DNA of 64,000 nt from Hydrolagus affinis (Eukaryota): assembly GCA_012026655.1 (NCBI GenBank), contig JAAILG010001122.1, positions 1 through 64,000 of the forward strand. The letters run 5' to 3'. This document shows, one piece after another, positions 48,963-61,420 of this stretch (its first letter is position 1; every line of letters begins with the position of its first letter). Made by a program: the position numbers and the translations under genes. A model generated the notes under the pieces. It worked only from the letters and a program-made list of their open reading frames with translations. It was not told where the DNA came from and did no database searches.

Positions 48963-49789
48963 CGTAACTCACACAGTCACCTTGTCCCATTAGTGAGAAA
49001 ACCATACTCCAGGCTGGATTTGAGCCCAGATCATGACATGACAGAACAGTATCCAAATTTACTTAAATATTTAACCTTTGAGAAAACCTTTAACCCCTGT
49101 GCCTTGGCTGGATTTGAACCTGCAAATCAAAGGTTAAAGGTACTGTAACCTGCTGAACTTTAACACTGCAACGAGAACGGTACTGATTTCACCTTTCCGC
49201 AAAATTGTTATTCCCTATTTTTGTTTTTAACGGAACGTGGCACAATGTCACCCATTTTAATTTGGGTGGAAATTGTCATCCCGATGCGAAAGGCGCTGTT
49301 TATTTTTTTTTGCAAGGATTATTTTTTTTAATTATTATTCGAGTAAAACAAGTCCAAAAATAACAGAGCTATTCCTCCCTCTTCCCTTCAGGCGCGTGCG
49401 CACACACACACACACACACACACAGGCAGCCTGGTGTTGATCAAGGAATTAAATAGATGGTGGGTGGCCGATAGCCAATTTTCTATCATGTTAAATAGGT
49501 TTGTGCAGATCGCACAACAAATTGATTGTTTTTTTTTGTGCACAGATCAGGACTTCTGTTTTTTTTTGTGTGGGGGGGTGGGGGGGGAAAAGAAACTTTA
49601 ATACATAAACTATCAAGACGCTACACACAGACCTGGAAAGAAACAGATGGTGTGAAAGTTTTACTTTGAAAACTATGCGCAGATGAGTGCTGTTAAGGCA
49701 GTGATATTCTGTGGGGCCTGTCATTGTACACACTCTTATGTTCCATATACACACCCAGAGAAGTGACAACTGACCCTTAAGGATTTTAT

Positions 49790-50010
49790 CTTTCCAGTGA
49801 GTGCAGCTGTCAATGGTACAGCGCAGTAATGATACCTCCTATCATTTAAATCACCATCACGAGAAGGACATGTCCCCCAAATGTCCTGGCCAGCAATCCA
49901 CAGATAAAGTCGCGAGTTCGGTTCATGACTGTTTACGTGTACAGCCACTACACTTTACAGTGAAGCACTTTGCGACGTCCTTTCTGAGGCGAAAGGCGTT
50001 GTGCATCAAA
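49790..50010 (+). mobile_element. Ancient Deu-domain SINE remnant
   Basis: TGTCCTGGCCA core, CTACACTT, GTGAAGCACTTTGCGACGTCC..GAAAGGCG tail. Confidence 0.5.
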
Positions 50011-50187
50011 CATATTTGTTTTGTTTTTTTACCCGCATGAAATTCTTTCAAGGCCTGATAGCGATCTACGGTATAAAACTGTGCCCATCCACTATCAATA
50101 ATAGAAACAGAGCAAATTTTTAATGTTTTTTTTTGCATGCACAATAGCTCCGACACGCAGGCAGATTGTGTGGCTGTCCGATACCTG

Positions 50188-50270
50188 CCTGACTGAGCCT
50201 TGGGACATCCCGCTGATATGAAAGGCACGATATAAATGCAATCTGTTGTTGTCGTCGTCGTCGTCGTCGT
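50188..50270 (+). mobile_element. L2 3' tail
   Basis: GCCTTGGGACATCCCGCTGATATGAAAGGCACGATATAAATGCAA then (GTT)/(GTC)n. Confidence 0.75.
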
Positions 50271-50934
50271 AAACGGACGATGGGCCCGGCAAGAGAAAAC
50301 ATTTGAGACAAGATTTAAGACTTCGAAAGAAACGGTTGAAGGAGGGCAACGATTTATTTTTGATGAACGATCCATCAAAATCCCGTTTGACACCAGTCTT
50401 ACAGTTCTCAATTAATGTTCTATTACTTAACTAAACGTTCACCTACACAGGGTTACCACTGTCAATCTGCATTAAGCACGGCATTATTTGAAAACGTTTT
50501 AGTGATTTAGTGGTAGGTTTAATTTCCCCTTTAAGATAAATTGGATCATTCATTGATCACCGTGAGGCTGCTTGTTTTCTGCTTTGATGGCATTTATAAC
50601 ACTATACTTGCCTTGACACCACCCGCAGAGAAAAACACTTAATATTTAACGAACACTGGAGCACAATACATTTTTCATTCTCCTTCTATTCTAGTCCATT
50701 GCTGCTCGCTAGGAAGACACTATAACTGGCCTAGACAGACAACAGCTCCTCGGCCAACCGAGGTGGGACGTTGTGAAGAGCAAGACATCGTAACGCATAT
50801 TTCGAGGTGTGCGTTGCAAGACTTTACTTAAATTCTGCAAATTTATGTTTTTTTTTAACTGTGCAGTTTTATTTGGGGGAAAACAACAACACGGATAGGA
50901 ACTGAATGAAGTGTGCCGTTTACACCTTTATTTA

Positions 50935-51186
50935 TAAATAATAATAATAATCCTTGCATTTGATATAGCGCTTTTCATGTCTTCTAATCTAGACGTCTCA
51001 AAGCGCTCTAGAGAATAAGCTGTAAAGTGAATTGACTGAATGCGGTGAAACGTGGCAGCCAATTACGCACATCAGTGTCCCACAAACTGTCGTGGATTGA
51101 AATGACCAATTTTATTATCGTGGTTTTTTTTGAGGGATTATTATCAGGCGTGTGGCTGGAGTAAGGAAACTTGCCCAAGGTTTCCC
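50935..51186 (-). mobile_element. SINE, 5'-truncated
   Basis: Tail through GGAGTAAGGAAACTTGCCCAAGGTTTC. Confidence 0.9.
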
Positions 51187-51539
51187 CCAGATATCAGTTT
51201 CCGCCAGTAATCGATCCCATTTGTTCTTGAAACAAACAACATTTTCTGCTTCCACCCTCTGTCTCCCTAAAGAGCCTGTTCCATAAGTTTACTACTCGCT
51301 TATTTGAGCTGATAATATATAGGTTTGATTCAATTTTTCAATGGCCTGTTTATTTATTTAAGATGAAATCTGTGTTTGGAAGGTTCACTCGAATCCTTGA
51401 GGGGCTTTGAGATATATCAACAATGTGATAAAAAAAAACATATCAAACGCAAGGATTATTATTATTAAATTAAAGTAATCAATTAATTAAAAAGGACGCA
51501 ACCTATATCGCAACCTTGTGCAGAAAGGTACCCCATTAT

Positions 51540-51886
51540 GGAGCTCCTGTAGCTCAGTGGTTAAAGCACTTGCCTTACATGCGTGAGACCTGTGTTCAAA
51601 TCCAGGCAGGTCAGGGCGAAACCTTGGGCAAGTTTCCTTACTCCACACACTTAACAATAATCCCTCCACGAAAAAAACACAATAATAAAAAAATTGGTCA
51701 TTTCAATCCACGACTGTTTGTGGTGGGGGTGGGTGGGGGACGCTGCTGTGCGCAATTGGCTGCCGCGTTCCACCCACAAATATATACAGTCAATTCACTT
51801 TACTGTATATTCTGTGAAGCGCTTTGAGACGTCGATAAGATGTGAAAAGCCGCTATATCAAATGCAAGGATTATTATTATTATTAT
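51540..51886 (+). mobile_element. tRNA/Deu SINE, full length
   Basis: All modules present; GTCGATAAGATGTGAAAAGCCGCT tail variant. Confidence 0.95.
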
Positions 51887-53091
51887 GCGAGACTTGCCTC
51901 CAACTGAATACAAAGGCTGCTGTGAATTTGGACTATGTACAGTACAGAGACACAGGGAGAAATTTGCGTAGGTATGAGAAATGGTGTGTGAAGCTTAAAG
52001 CTTAAGGCAGAATTCCAGCATTGTTCTCGTTTGCCAGATGCCTGCAACCTCCTTTCTCCAAAATAAAGGTAGCGGAGAGCGTCCTGATATTGAGTGTGGA
52101 GATTGTGAGAGGAGGCCAGAGCTTGGAGTCGCGTCCTAATAGCATGGATTGGAACGATTGAGATGCCTAATGGTTTCATTCATTGAAATCCTTTTTTTGG
52201 TGGGGCTGGGCTGGGCTGGTGGATGGGGGAAGGTGTGGGTGTGTGTGTGAGGGTGTGTGTGTGCGAGTGTGGGTGGGTAAGTGTGGGTGGGTGGTGGGTG
52301 GGGAGAGTGGCAGTGTGAATTGAAGACAATCAGTCAATGAAAACGCCAGAACTGCAATGGTGAGTTTTTCCCCCCCCACCATCTTCTAGAAATGTTTCAT
52401 AGAGAACAGTTAAATCAATTCTCACTAAGTACCGGTGAATGCGCTGTACTTTACAGCCTCCACTCAGACTTTATTGCCAGCTGTAATCCCCATTTTAGCT
52501 ATTAGCCCAATGCACACCCTGTAGGGCAAGGGTCACAGCTAAGGACTAATCGATCTTATTTGCTTGTCTAATTAATCTTTACTACAGGGATGGAGACACA
52601 GTAAAACTGTTAGCAAGCCTTTCTGATCAGGATACAAGGGCCATTCATCAGGTTACAGCACTGTACTCTGTGTCACTGGAGACAGGACAGAAGAAAAATT
52701 ACCTATGGATGATACTGCACTGAGATGAGAGTCCCCCTAGACCATGCTAAGGTTTTAAGACCTCAGCTCGCATTTTAACGCGTACCTGTTAAAGTTTAAC
52801 AGCCCAGGAGGAAGCATTACAAGCCAAAGTGTTGTTGAATTGGAAATTTTGCTTGCTGTGAATGGAAGCGCATGCTGAAATGGGCAAACTCGCTCATGCG
52901 AGTGACACGGGCATTCAGTCTAGCAAAGTGGATCAGCAAACGCTTTGCTCTGCGAAAGTGAAAGGAGTGCAATAAGCAAATCCAGAACATGGCCCCACAG
53001 ATTCAACCCGCAGTCAAATCTCATTCCGGGCAGAGATACCAGAGATCCACTCTGGTTTTGTGACATCTCACACTCGCTGGGCTGTTTTTGT

Positions 53092-53385
53092 GGAGCTATC
53101 CTGGCAGCTCAGTGGGTTAGAGCACTCACTCGCCTTACAAGTGCGAGACCTGTGTTCGAATCCAGGCAGGTCATCAGAACAAAACCTTGGGCAAGTTTCT
53201 TTGCTCCACACACACACACACACATACACACAAACACACACACACATACGCCTAATAATAATCCCTCTCCACTCACCCCCAAAAAAATTGGTCATTTGAA
53301 TCCACGACTGTTTGTTGGGGGGATGCTGCTGTGATACGATGTGAAAAGCCGCTCTATCCAATGCAAGGATTATTTATTTATTATT
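53092..53385 (+). mobile_element. tRNA/Deu SINE with internal deletion
   Basis: Head intact; GCTGCTGTG joined to the distal tail GATGTGAAAAGCCGCT. Confidence 0.9.
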
Positions 53386-53399
53386 CATAACACTGTAAG

Positions 53400-53520
53400 T
53401 AACCCTGAGCCTGTTGAACAATATATTTTCAGGTGCACAACGACAGACAATAGCACAAGAGGATGTAGGTTGAGAGTTTCAAAGGGAAATCCCGAGACAG
53501 AAACCAGGAAGTATTTCTTA
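53400..53520 (+). mobile_element. Degenerate CR1 ORF2 fragment
   Basis: TRGCRLRVSKGNPETETRKYF resembles the CR1 TRGHxxKLxKxxxxxxxRKxFF motif. Confidence 0.65.
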
Positions 53521-53789
53521 AATATTTTCAATATTTTGTTGCTTGTAAACCAAAGCTTAACGAGCCTCACACTTAAGGGAGGCAGTGGAAACATTTTTTG
53601 TTCTCTCTCTTTCTCTCTCTCTCTAGCTTTTCAGAAATCTTTTCTGTTGTTGTTCGCCGACGCTCAATTGATTGCTGGCTGAGCAAGATAGATGGTTTGA
53701 AAACGTAAGGACTCTGCAACTTAATAAGCAATTGTAGTTGCGTCGGATGGAAATCAACAGCGGTAACAGTAGCGTGCTTCGGAAATATC

Positions 53790-54085
53790 ATTCTAATAAT
53801 CCCTTCCGCTCGGTGAAGCACTGTGTCATTTAAGAACGTCTCCAAACGCTTCGCCGAGTTTCTGTAGAGTGGAGTAACAAACGCGTTTGCACGCGGCTAA
53901 CCGTACACAGGCAGCCAATTTGTGTCACATCTCTCACAAGACATCCGCGTGAGAATCCAACAGCCCATTTTCTCCGGCGGATCGATGTCCCAGGACATCG
54001 GGAGGAACTCTCCCTTCTCTTCTTGAACGGTGAGGAGGGATCTTTAATGGCGATCAGGACCTCTGTTTAACATCTCTCATCGGAT
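53790..54085 (-). mobile_element. Ancient Deu-domain SINE remnant
   Basis: GGCAGCCAATTTG, CCAGGACATCGGGAGGAACTCTCCCTTCTCTTCTTGAA, GGGATCTTT, GTTTAACATCTC in order. Confidence 0.7.
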
Positions 54086-54999
54086 GCCCGCTTTATTTTT
54101 ATTTTTTTTGGGGGGGACCAGGTTTTATATTAAAATGATATCAATTTATATCAATTCATACGCCAATGGTCAGCGCTGGCTCGATAGTCGTAACATTCGG
54201 GCAGACACCAACGAGGTGAGGGATTTTACATTCAATCACATTGTAAGGCAGGGCTATTAGCATTTGATCCCACTTCCACTGGGCGTTGTATGATATATAC
54301 AAAGGCTGTCACATTTTACTGCATTTCATCTGTAGTAATGAAATTCCTGATTGAGCATTACTGTTTTTAATCTTGTGAATAAGCTTTAGCAGTTTTTAGT
54401 ATAGATACATAAATTATTTTGTTATATATGTGTGCGTATGTACGTACAGTATGTATGTATATATATATATATTATATATATAATATGCGTGGGTGCACAC
54501 GGAGGGTTGGGGGAAGAGAGAAACCAATAAGCTGAGACAAAGGGGTCGCAGTTCATTTGCTAATGTAGCTGTAATAAAGTGTGGGGAACGCACTGTCTAT
54601 CAGACACAGCGCGCTCAATCATTGCCATTCAGACAAACCTCATTAATAAAGTCTGGCAGTAACCTTGCCGAGCCAAGTCTCGTTCTGAAGAGAACTTTTG
54701 CTGGTATAAATAAACGTCGTGCTTTTAGGGCCTGCGATAAGTAAATGAAAAATAAAAAAAAATGTCACTCAAACTCACTTGAAGAGGATCATTTCAAAGA
54801 CCTTTTAAAAAAAAAATCAAACATTGAACGTTTTGACTGTCAAATTTCTCACCAGATTGAAAGCATGGCAGAAGGAAACGCTAGGAAATAACTTCGATCA
54901 GATGACAGTCCGAGCTTCGGATTGTTTGTGTTGTGAAGCTTCACAAAGTCTCAGCTTCACAAACAATGCTAAAAAAAAATTTTGCATTGCATTTATTTC

Positions 55000-55122
55000 G
55001 CACACATTTCGCCCACAAAATATATAGAGTCAAACAGAGTCAAGTACATTGGGTGAAGCGCTTTGAGACGTCTCGAAGACGTGTGAAAAAGCGCTATTTA
55101 TATCAAACGCCAAGATTATTGT
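55000..55122 (+). mobile_element. SINE 3' fragment
   Basis: TTTCGCCCACAAAA..GTGAAGCGCTTTGAGACGTCTCGAAGACGTG. Confidence 0.85.
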
Positions 55123-55329
55123 CATAAATTACAGACTTGAAATCTGCGTTGAGCGTGGATGGGTTGTGGGAGGGTGGAGGGGGCGGGGTGGGGGGGAGAA
55201 TATTCCCAGAGAGGTACAGGCAGGAAGGGCTTAAATTTTCTAATATTCCACTTCGTGTTCTGAGCCAGATATTTAGGCCGTTTTTATGGCCGTCAATCAC
55301 ACATGGAGCGGATAGAGGATGAAGCAGAT

Positions 55330-55650
55330 TTTTTTTCCCAATGAATTGAAACAGAGCCTCTTGGTAACTTTACCAACAGGTGGAATGATGGACAACATTC
55401 CCCCCTCATAAAGCCTGAATTGATGGCGGCTATTTTAACTTGGCCAAGAAAGGTCCCACTGTTTTGTAATGAGGTTCATTTGCGTGTCAGCCCGTTTTTC
55501 ATCTCTTTCCCCCGGCCGTGAGTTATAGTGATGGCATGCTGCAGAAATAATTCCATTTTATGGCATGCAAATGAAAAACCTTTACTGAAAGGATTCTTCA
55601 TCAATTATCTTTGTCAAATGTCCTTCCAGTTTTCCAACCCTTCAATAAAA
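55330..55650. promoter_or_regulatory. Putative conserved non-coding element
   Basis: Repeat-free block with octamer ATGCAAAT, TTTTATGG (posterior HOX/CDX type) and CTTTGT motifs. Confidence 0.3.
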
Positions 55651-56099
55651 TGTTCCTCCTCAGCAGGGTTAGCTATTTAAAAGCGCTGCCCTTTCAGCTT
55701 TTGCACTCGGGTTTGAATCCGGACTAATAGGATTGGAAGTTCCCTTTTCTATACTTTGCTTGTAATCCAAGCGACAAAAGAATATAAGTAAAGTTAAGGT
55801 TCACGGAAACTACAATTATCTACCACCTAGACACCACCAGTTTTGTTCAGATCATTCCCAATTTGCCATCAGTATCTCACAGAGTATTTCAGTCTGTCCC
55901 GTGCTCTCTCAATAAAAAAAAATCTTCTTCTTGGCTGTTTCAAAGCCATTTTCATCATTAATTAGCATTTTCTTGATTGAGTTCCCAGATTTAATTTGAG
56001 CTGACATTTCTACCTCTTCGTATACTCAATGAGGTATCTCCTATATTGTTTTTCCTTCCTCTACTTGCTACCCTTGGGACATCCTCCTGACATGAAAGG

Positions 56100-56220
56100 C
56101 GGATTATTATTTGGTGTGTGTGTGTGTGGAGTAAGGAAACTTGCCCTGACCTGCCTGGATTCGAACACAGGTCTCAACGCTTGTAAGGCGAGTGAGTGGC
56201 TCTAACCACTGAGCTACAGG
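56100..56220 (-). mobile_element. SINE 5' half
   Basis: GGAGTAAGGAAACTTGCCC..GGATTCGAACACAGGTCTC..CCACTGAGCTACAGG. Confidence 0.9.
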
Positions 56221-56634
56221 TGTAATACCCTCAAATAAGTCAAGCAGGTTTGTTACGCGAGGCATTCAATTATCTGAATCCAGATTCAAAAATTCCTGAA
56301 CAGGAGGGTGGAGTGTGAGGGACAATTATTGCCGCGTGAAAGAGATGTTGAACTCAATTGACGTGCAACCTATCAACAATGTAAGTATTATTCACAACTT
56401 GCGATAAGCCTGTCATATTTTCACCCTTTCTTCCCCCCCCACAACCCCCCCCACCCCCCCACCCACCCGACACTTCTTTTTATTTTCACTCCTACCCTCT
56501 CCAGTTGTGTGTAGTTTGAGCTCAGTTCCAGTTTCATTTATACCCTGTTCTATCACCGTTAAATCTGCTTCATAACATTGTGCTTCTAATTATCGATCGA
56601 AGCTCACCGCAGTATCTTAACCTATTGATTTTTT

Positions 56635-56801
56635 TTTTCCTTGTGCTTATATTGCTAATTTTAAAGATGTGATCATTGAATTAGTGTAGATTTGTGTAAC
56701 CATTTTATTTGTCTCCGCGTAGCTCATGTTTAAGAAACTGTTGGCCCCAGTGTTTATTATTGGGTTCAACCTGCGTGGAAAAAAAAAATCAATGGCCTGA
56801 A
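56635..56801. repeat. Unclassified diverged repeat unit, copy A
   Basis: 56635-56697 aligns without gaps to 59563-59625 at 51/63 identity; weaker similarity continues for about 100 bp. Confidence 0.8.
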
Positions 56802-57038
56802 AACTATACAATTGCATTTGATTTTTTTTAATATAAATAAAATTTGGAATGATGAGAAAAGATTCCAGGCTGACTTAAATTAGGATTGGGGACAGCTGTA
56901 GGTACACTTCCTCACAGAAGCACGTTCCCACACCTGTCAGAGAACGAGTGCGCACCCAATCACACTATCCTGAAATGTTTCACACAATCGCCAAGTTGCT
57001 CTGTTTGAGTGGCAAATCATATTTTCAAACAACAAATT

Positions 57039-57190
57039 GGAGCTCCTGTAGTAGCTCAGTGGGTTAGAGCAACTCGCCTTACAAGCGTGAGACCTGTGTT
57101 CAAATCCAGCCAGGTCAGGGCTAAACCTTGGGCAAGTTTCCTTACTCCCCACACACACACACGCGCGCGTGCCTAATAATAATCCCTCCC
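57039..57190 (+). mobile_element. SINE 5' half
   Basis: Head through GCCTAATAATAATCCCTCC. Confidence 0.9.
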
Positions 57191-57653
57191 CCGAGGGAGA
57201 GACACAGTTACCAGGAGAGGACGGGGAGGGTGAGTGTTTAGAAAGCCCGGGCGGAAACAGAAACTGAAGTTCTTCTGAGGCCGAGGCCAGGTGGGACGGA
57301 AGCAAACGGTTTGGTCTCTGGCTCCGTAGCTTATGGTCGGGGCCCTGTATTTGTGCAATGAATAGAGAACCCTTTACGATAATGATCTGTAGTACTACAC
57401 ATGTTTTGATAAGTAGGACAGACATGTTTCTTTACAGCTTTTGATAAGCAAAGCGCTTGAGGGGGAAAAACACAAGGTGACTCGGCCAAGTTTTTGTGGA
57501 TTGATGCATCTTTCATCGAGGGCTGTTGTTATATAATTGTTATTCCTGATTGCGAGTTCTACGTTCCAGTCATCAGCCCCAAGGGCGGATTGTGCAAGAC
57601 GAGAGGAGTGCGAGGGCAGAAGATGTAGAAAGCGCCTCACGGTGGGCGAAGGG

Positions 57654-57657
<4 letters not shown>

Positions 57658-57698
<41 letters not shown>
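57658..57698. repeat. (GT)n microsatellite
   Basis: Direct reading. Confidence 0.95.
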
Positions 57699-57700
<2 letters not shown>

Positions 57701-58854
57701 AGTTAATCTGTTGGTAGTACTGTACTTTACTTACGCCAGCGCAGGACATGAACTTATCAAGACCTTTTGTTCCCGTAAAGAATTTTATCCTGGCAAACAA
57801 AAAAAAGGTTTAAAGCTGTCGGCGGTTGGCACTGAAAGTACCTAAATTCCTCAGATGAATTTTTCACACTTCTGTACCACTTCTGGTCGCTTCTCAGAAA
57901 GCGCGGGGACTTTGTCTCAACCGTAAATCTCCAGCGAAATCAGTAGAGTTGCAGGTTTTCTGCTGTGCGAAAACATTGTGTTACACAGTGCCAAAGGCTC
58001 ATGTTGCATATCGGAAGCTTACAATATAGTTTAGTAATGAGTCAAGGTGTGGTAACTGTTGAATAAATGGAGCCCAAATTGAGTGGTTCAATTGGCTTGC
58101 TTCGTATGGTTTTTCCCCGACAGACACAAGACTTCGCTGCCTGAAATCACACAAGAATAGGAGGCGAGGTTCAGATAGCAAACGTAAACACTAATTTATT
58201 CCATGCATTTGTAACGTAGTCAATCACATCCAAGTATTTTTTTTAAAAAAATCTTTATTATATTGAAAAAAATAAAACATTCCTTGCCTTATCACAGAGA
58301 CACCTCGAAGCGTGGATTGACTGTGAATCGACTGTATGTTTTGGGGGCGAGAATCTTAAATCTGAATACGTGCATGATGATATTTTCACAATCACAATGT
58401 GGAGGATGAATAATGCCGTATCGATAATGGACTAATTGATCAAGATAATAGTCCCATAAATAAAATTATTGACTAATTGTCTTGTTGTTAAATTAGACTG
58501 TGGGGACACGAGACATTATTTGGAGCGCGTTTGATTCATTCATTAGCATCATCTCAATAACAAAGAAGATAATGACATTTTATCATTAGATTCTATTTTC
58601 TCCCACCCATTGGAATAGGAACAATGGCCTATTCGGTGGGGAGGTAGGGTGGGAGTAAAGAAGGAAGGAAGGTTAAAAACAATGTCAATCGAAAACAACA
58701 GAGCTGGAGAATTGATGAACCGTTTTCAAAAGTACATTAATGTACCTGATTATTCAAATGATCATTTAATAGTCAATAAAACAATTGATGGGAAAAACTA
58801 ACCCATCGACACGATGAATAAAAAGAAGGCAGTCATAAGACGAAGAATCGGTGA

Positions 58855-58925
58855 GTACAACTGTTCACAAAGAGAAGGTGATTTCTCCCAGTGTCCTGGC
58901 CAACACTCCCCCCAGACTAAACCCT
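58855..58925 (+). mobile_element. Short Deu-domain remnant
   Basis: TTCTCCCAGTGTCCTGGCCAACA matches the Deu core. Confidence 0.5.
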
Positions 58926-59329
58926 GTTTGCGGACAGCAGTGGAGACACTGAAATCGCCTGCCTCTGATTGGAAAGTTAAACAGTTTTGAGTCAGTTGCC
59001 TCATGGCAAGTGGTGTCGATTTGTATATATTTTTAAAAAGATGAGTTGTCCCATTATGTTCTTGGATTCAGTCTACCAGCCATTTACCACGTAGCATTAG
59101 CAGGAATAGTTGGTCACTATCAAAGAGGTTCCTTCGAAGTTCAGAGGTTGCAAAAAATAGGAGCAGTGACACTCTTTTTTTAAACAAAAATGATTTCCCG
59201 CCCCCCCATCCCCCCGGTGAATATTTTCCAATTGACGTATTGTGCGAATGTGATTAAGGAGGGGCAGTTTTCTTTCTATCTTTCAAGTTTTGTTGGAGAG
59301 GCCAAGAGTGCACAAGAGTGAGATGGTTA

Positions 59330-59460
59330 ACGCACGCTGCCGTGCGCAATTGGCTGCCAATTATACAGTCAATTCACTTTACAGTATATTCCGTGAAGCG
59401 CTTTCAGATGTCTAGAAGATGTGAAAAGCGCTACATCAAATGCAAGGACTATTATTATAA
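59330..59460 (+). mobile_element. SINE 3' fragment
   Basis: GTGCGCAATTGGCTGCC..TACAGTCAATTCACTTTACAG..tail. Confidence 0.9.
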
Positions 59461-59562
59461 TAACTACTAATCTAATCTACACGAAACTCAAGGAGGGGGG
59501 ATAATCAGGTTGGATCGGATGAGCAGAAGTTGACCTCCTTGGCGTCTTGGTTTTAGTGGAAT

Positions 59563-59726
59563 TTTCCCTCGTGTAGATATTTCTCATTTTATAAATGTGA
59601 TCATTCGATTAATGTAGATTTGTGTTGCTTTTATCTGCTTCTCTATGAGTTATTATTTTTCATGAAGCCATTTTTGCCCGCGTGTCAATCTATCTTCAAT
59701 CTATAGAGCAAAATCAATTCTCTGAA
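59563..59726. repeat. Unclassified diverged repeat unit, copy B
   Basis: Homologous to 56635-56801, same orientation. Confidence 0.8.
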
Positions 59727-60111
59727 TCCTCCTTCCAGTTCTGAAAGAATTTGGGACCTGGAATTTGAAAAAAAAAAACACTTTCTACTTGAACTAAATT
59801 GGTATCAAATTCTGTAACGGAAAGTTTAAGAGTAGGAGCAAACTGAAAGAGCGAGTGTGAGCATTGGTAACAAAGGATAAACAATTATGATACCATCCCT
59901 TTAACCAACCAAAGGTTTTTTTTTATTGACTCATGCCATGAGCAGCTTGTTAAACACTGGTGTTCTTTGGCAACCAAACAATAAAACACATTGTTCAAAG
60001 CCACGGAGACTCAAATTGGAGAATCTGAAATTCACATTCAACCTCAACAACAACAACAAATGACATTTGTATAGCGCCTTCCACGTCAGGAGAACGCCCG
60101 AGGCGCCGACA

Positions 60112-60235
60112 TTAATAATAATACAGTAATAATAATCCTTGCATTTGATATAGCGGCTTTTCACATCTTATCGACGTCTCAAAGCGCTTCACAGAATTGA
60201 CTGTCGAGTGAATTGACTGTATATTTGTTGGGTGA
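60112..60235 (-). mobile_element. SINE tail fragment abutting an L2 tail
   Basis: AATCCTTGCATTTGATATAGCGGCTTTTCACATCTTATCGACGTCTCAAAGCGCTTCACAG. Confidence 0.9.
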
Positions 60236-61299
60236 CATTCAGATTAGGGTTGAGATCTATCTGGCTCAGCTGAGGAGCGAAGGAGGAAAATACAATCGGA
60301 AGAACCATGTTGCAGAAAGGCTGGAGTACCAAGGCTAGTTAGGGAAGGAGGAGAAAGATTAGTAAGAGAGGAAGGGATCAGAACAGGGAAATAAGCCTTG
60401 GACATACTGGAGAACGATAACCTGGCTGAATAGAGGGAGAATAAAATAGTTTCTCTAAAATAGTCTCTTGGGTCTCTTCAGTCAATCAGCTCCTCCTGAA
60501 TTGAAGGAGATGAATTGTATGGTTATGGGACAGGCTGGTTGGTGGAGGGGTGTGGGGTGGGGAGGTGCAGGTGGGGGTGGGGAGGGGACGGAGAAAGAAT
60601 GCATAGGGATGAAGAGAAATGACAAGACTTTAATAAATAACGGGCTGTGTGATACAGTGTCTTTGACTTTGACAGTCCATCAGAAAGTGATGGTTCTGTG
60701 TTATTGTATATTTTCAAATCAGTGTCAAATGATACAGTAAATCTTTTAAGGGTTAATCTCCGAAAATTACAATAATATTGATCTTGGCACTTTAGAGTAA
60801 AAGGGAAGGCTTTCCATCTAGTCCCATTGTCGCTTGTGCATTCTGCTGACAGCATAACCTTAAATAACCTTAAATCTCTCTCTGGTCCCGGGGGTTCTGT
60901 GCATCTTCAAATAAGATTTTTGTAATGTCATTTATGTATATCCAGAATTCTGAATTATCGGTAAGGTCTCATTCGGAGAAGATTGATGTTGACAGTTGAT
61001 GAATACTTAGTTTTGTGGAAGTAGACAGGGCCTAAAATAACTGGCTTTATATGTCAAATGAATAAAAATTAATACTTTATTAACTTCTGTGATGCTAATC
61101 TAATAAAGCAATTCAGTCTGTGGCAACATGTCAGCTCTTAAGACTTTTCGGGGCATTAGAGGCTTGTGAAAACGGAGCGGGTAATGGAAAGTGGGGCTGT
61201 GTGTGTGTACGCGTGTGTGTGTGTGTGTGCGCGCACGCATTTGTGGAAGCGCGCGCGAGCCAGCGTGCAATCCAACCAGATTGCCTTCTCTCTTCAGCT

Positions 61300-61420
61300 G
61301 AGCCCTCGCCCAGAAAATGGATCCAATTCGCTCTACGGTGTGTGTTCTGTGAAGTGTTTCGAGACGTCTCGAAGACGTGACGAGATGCTGTGAAAAATGC
61401 AAAAGGCGTGTTATGATTAT
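61300..61420 (+). mobile_element. Degenerate SINE tail
   Basis: TTCTGTGAAGTGTTTCGAGACGTCTCGAAGACGTGA. Confidence 0.75.

Noticed and set aside
56669-56800. Box C/D snoRNA reading of the duplicated unit (GTGATCA..CTGA)
   Set aside because: The putative C box lacks the G that pairs with box D, and I see no terminal stem or rRNA guide.
1213-57995. CACAGTG heptamers as V(D)J recombination signals
   Set aside because: The instances checked lack an ACAAAAACC nonamer at 12- or 23-bp spacing, and no V or J coding segments are visible.
60240-60500. Purine-rich stretch possibly from an L2 ORF2 on the minus strand
   Set aside because: No diagnostic motif could be read with confidence.
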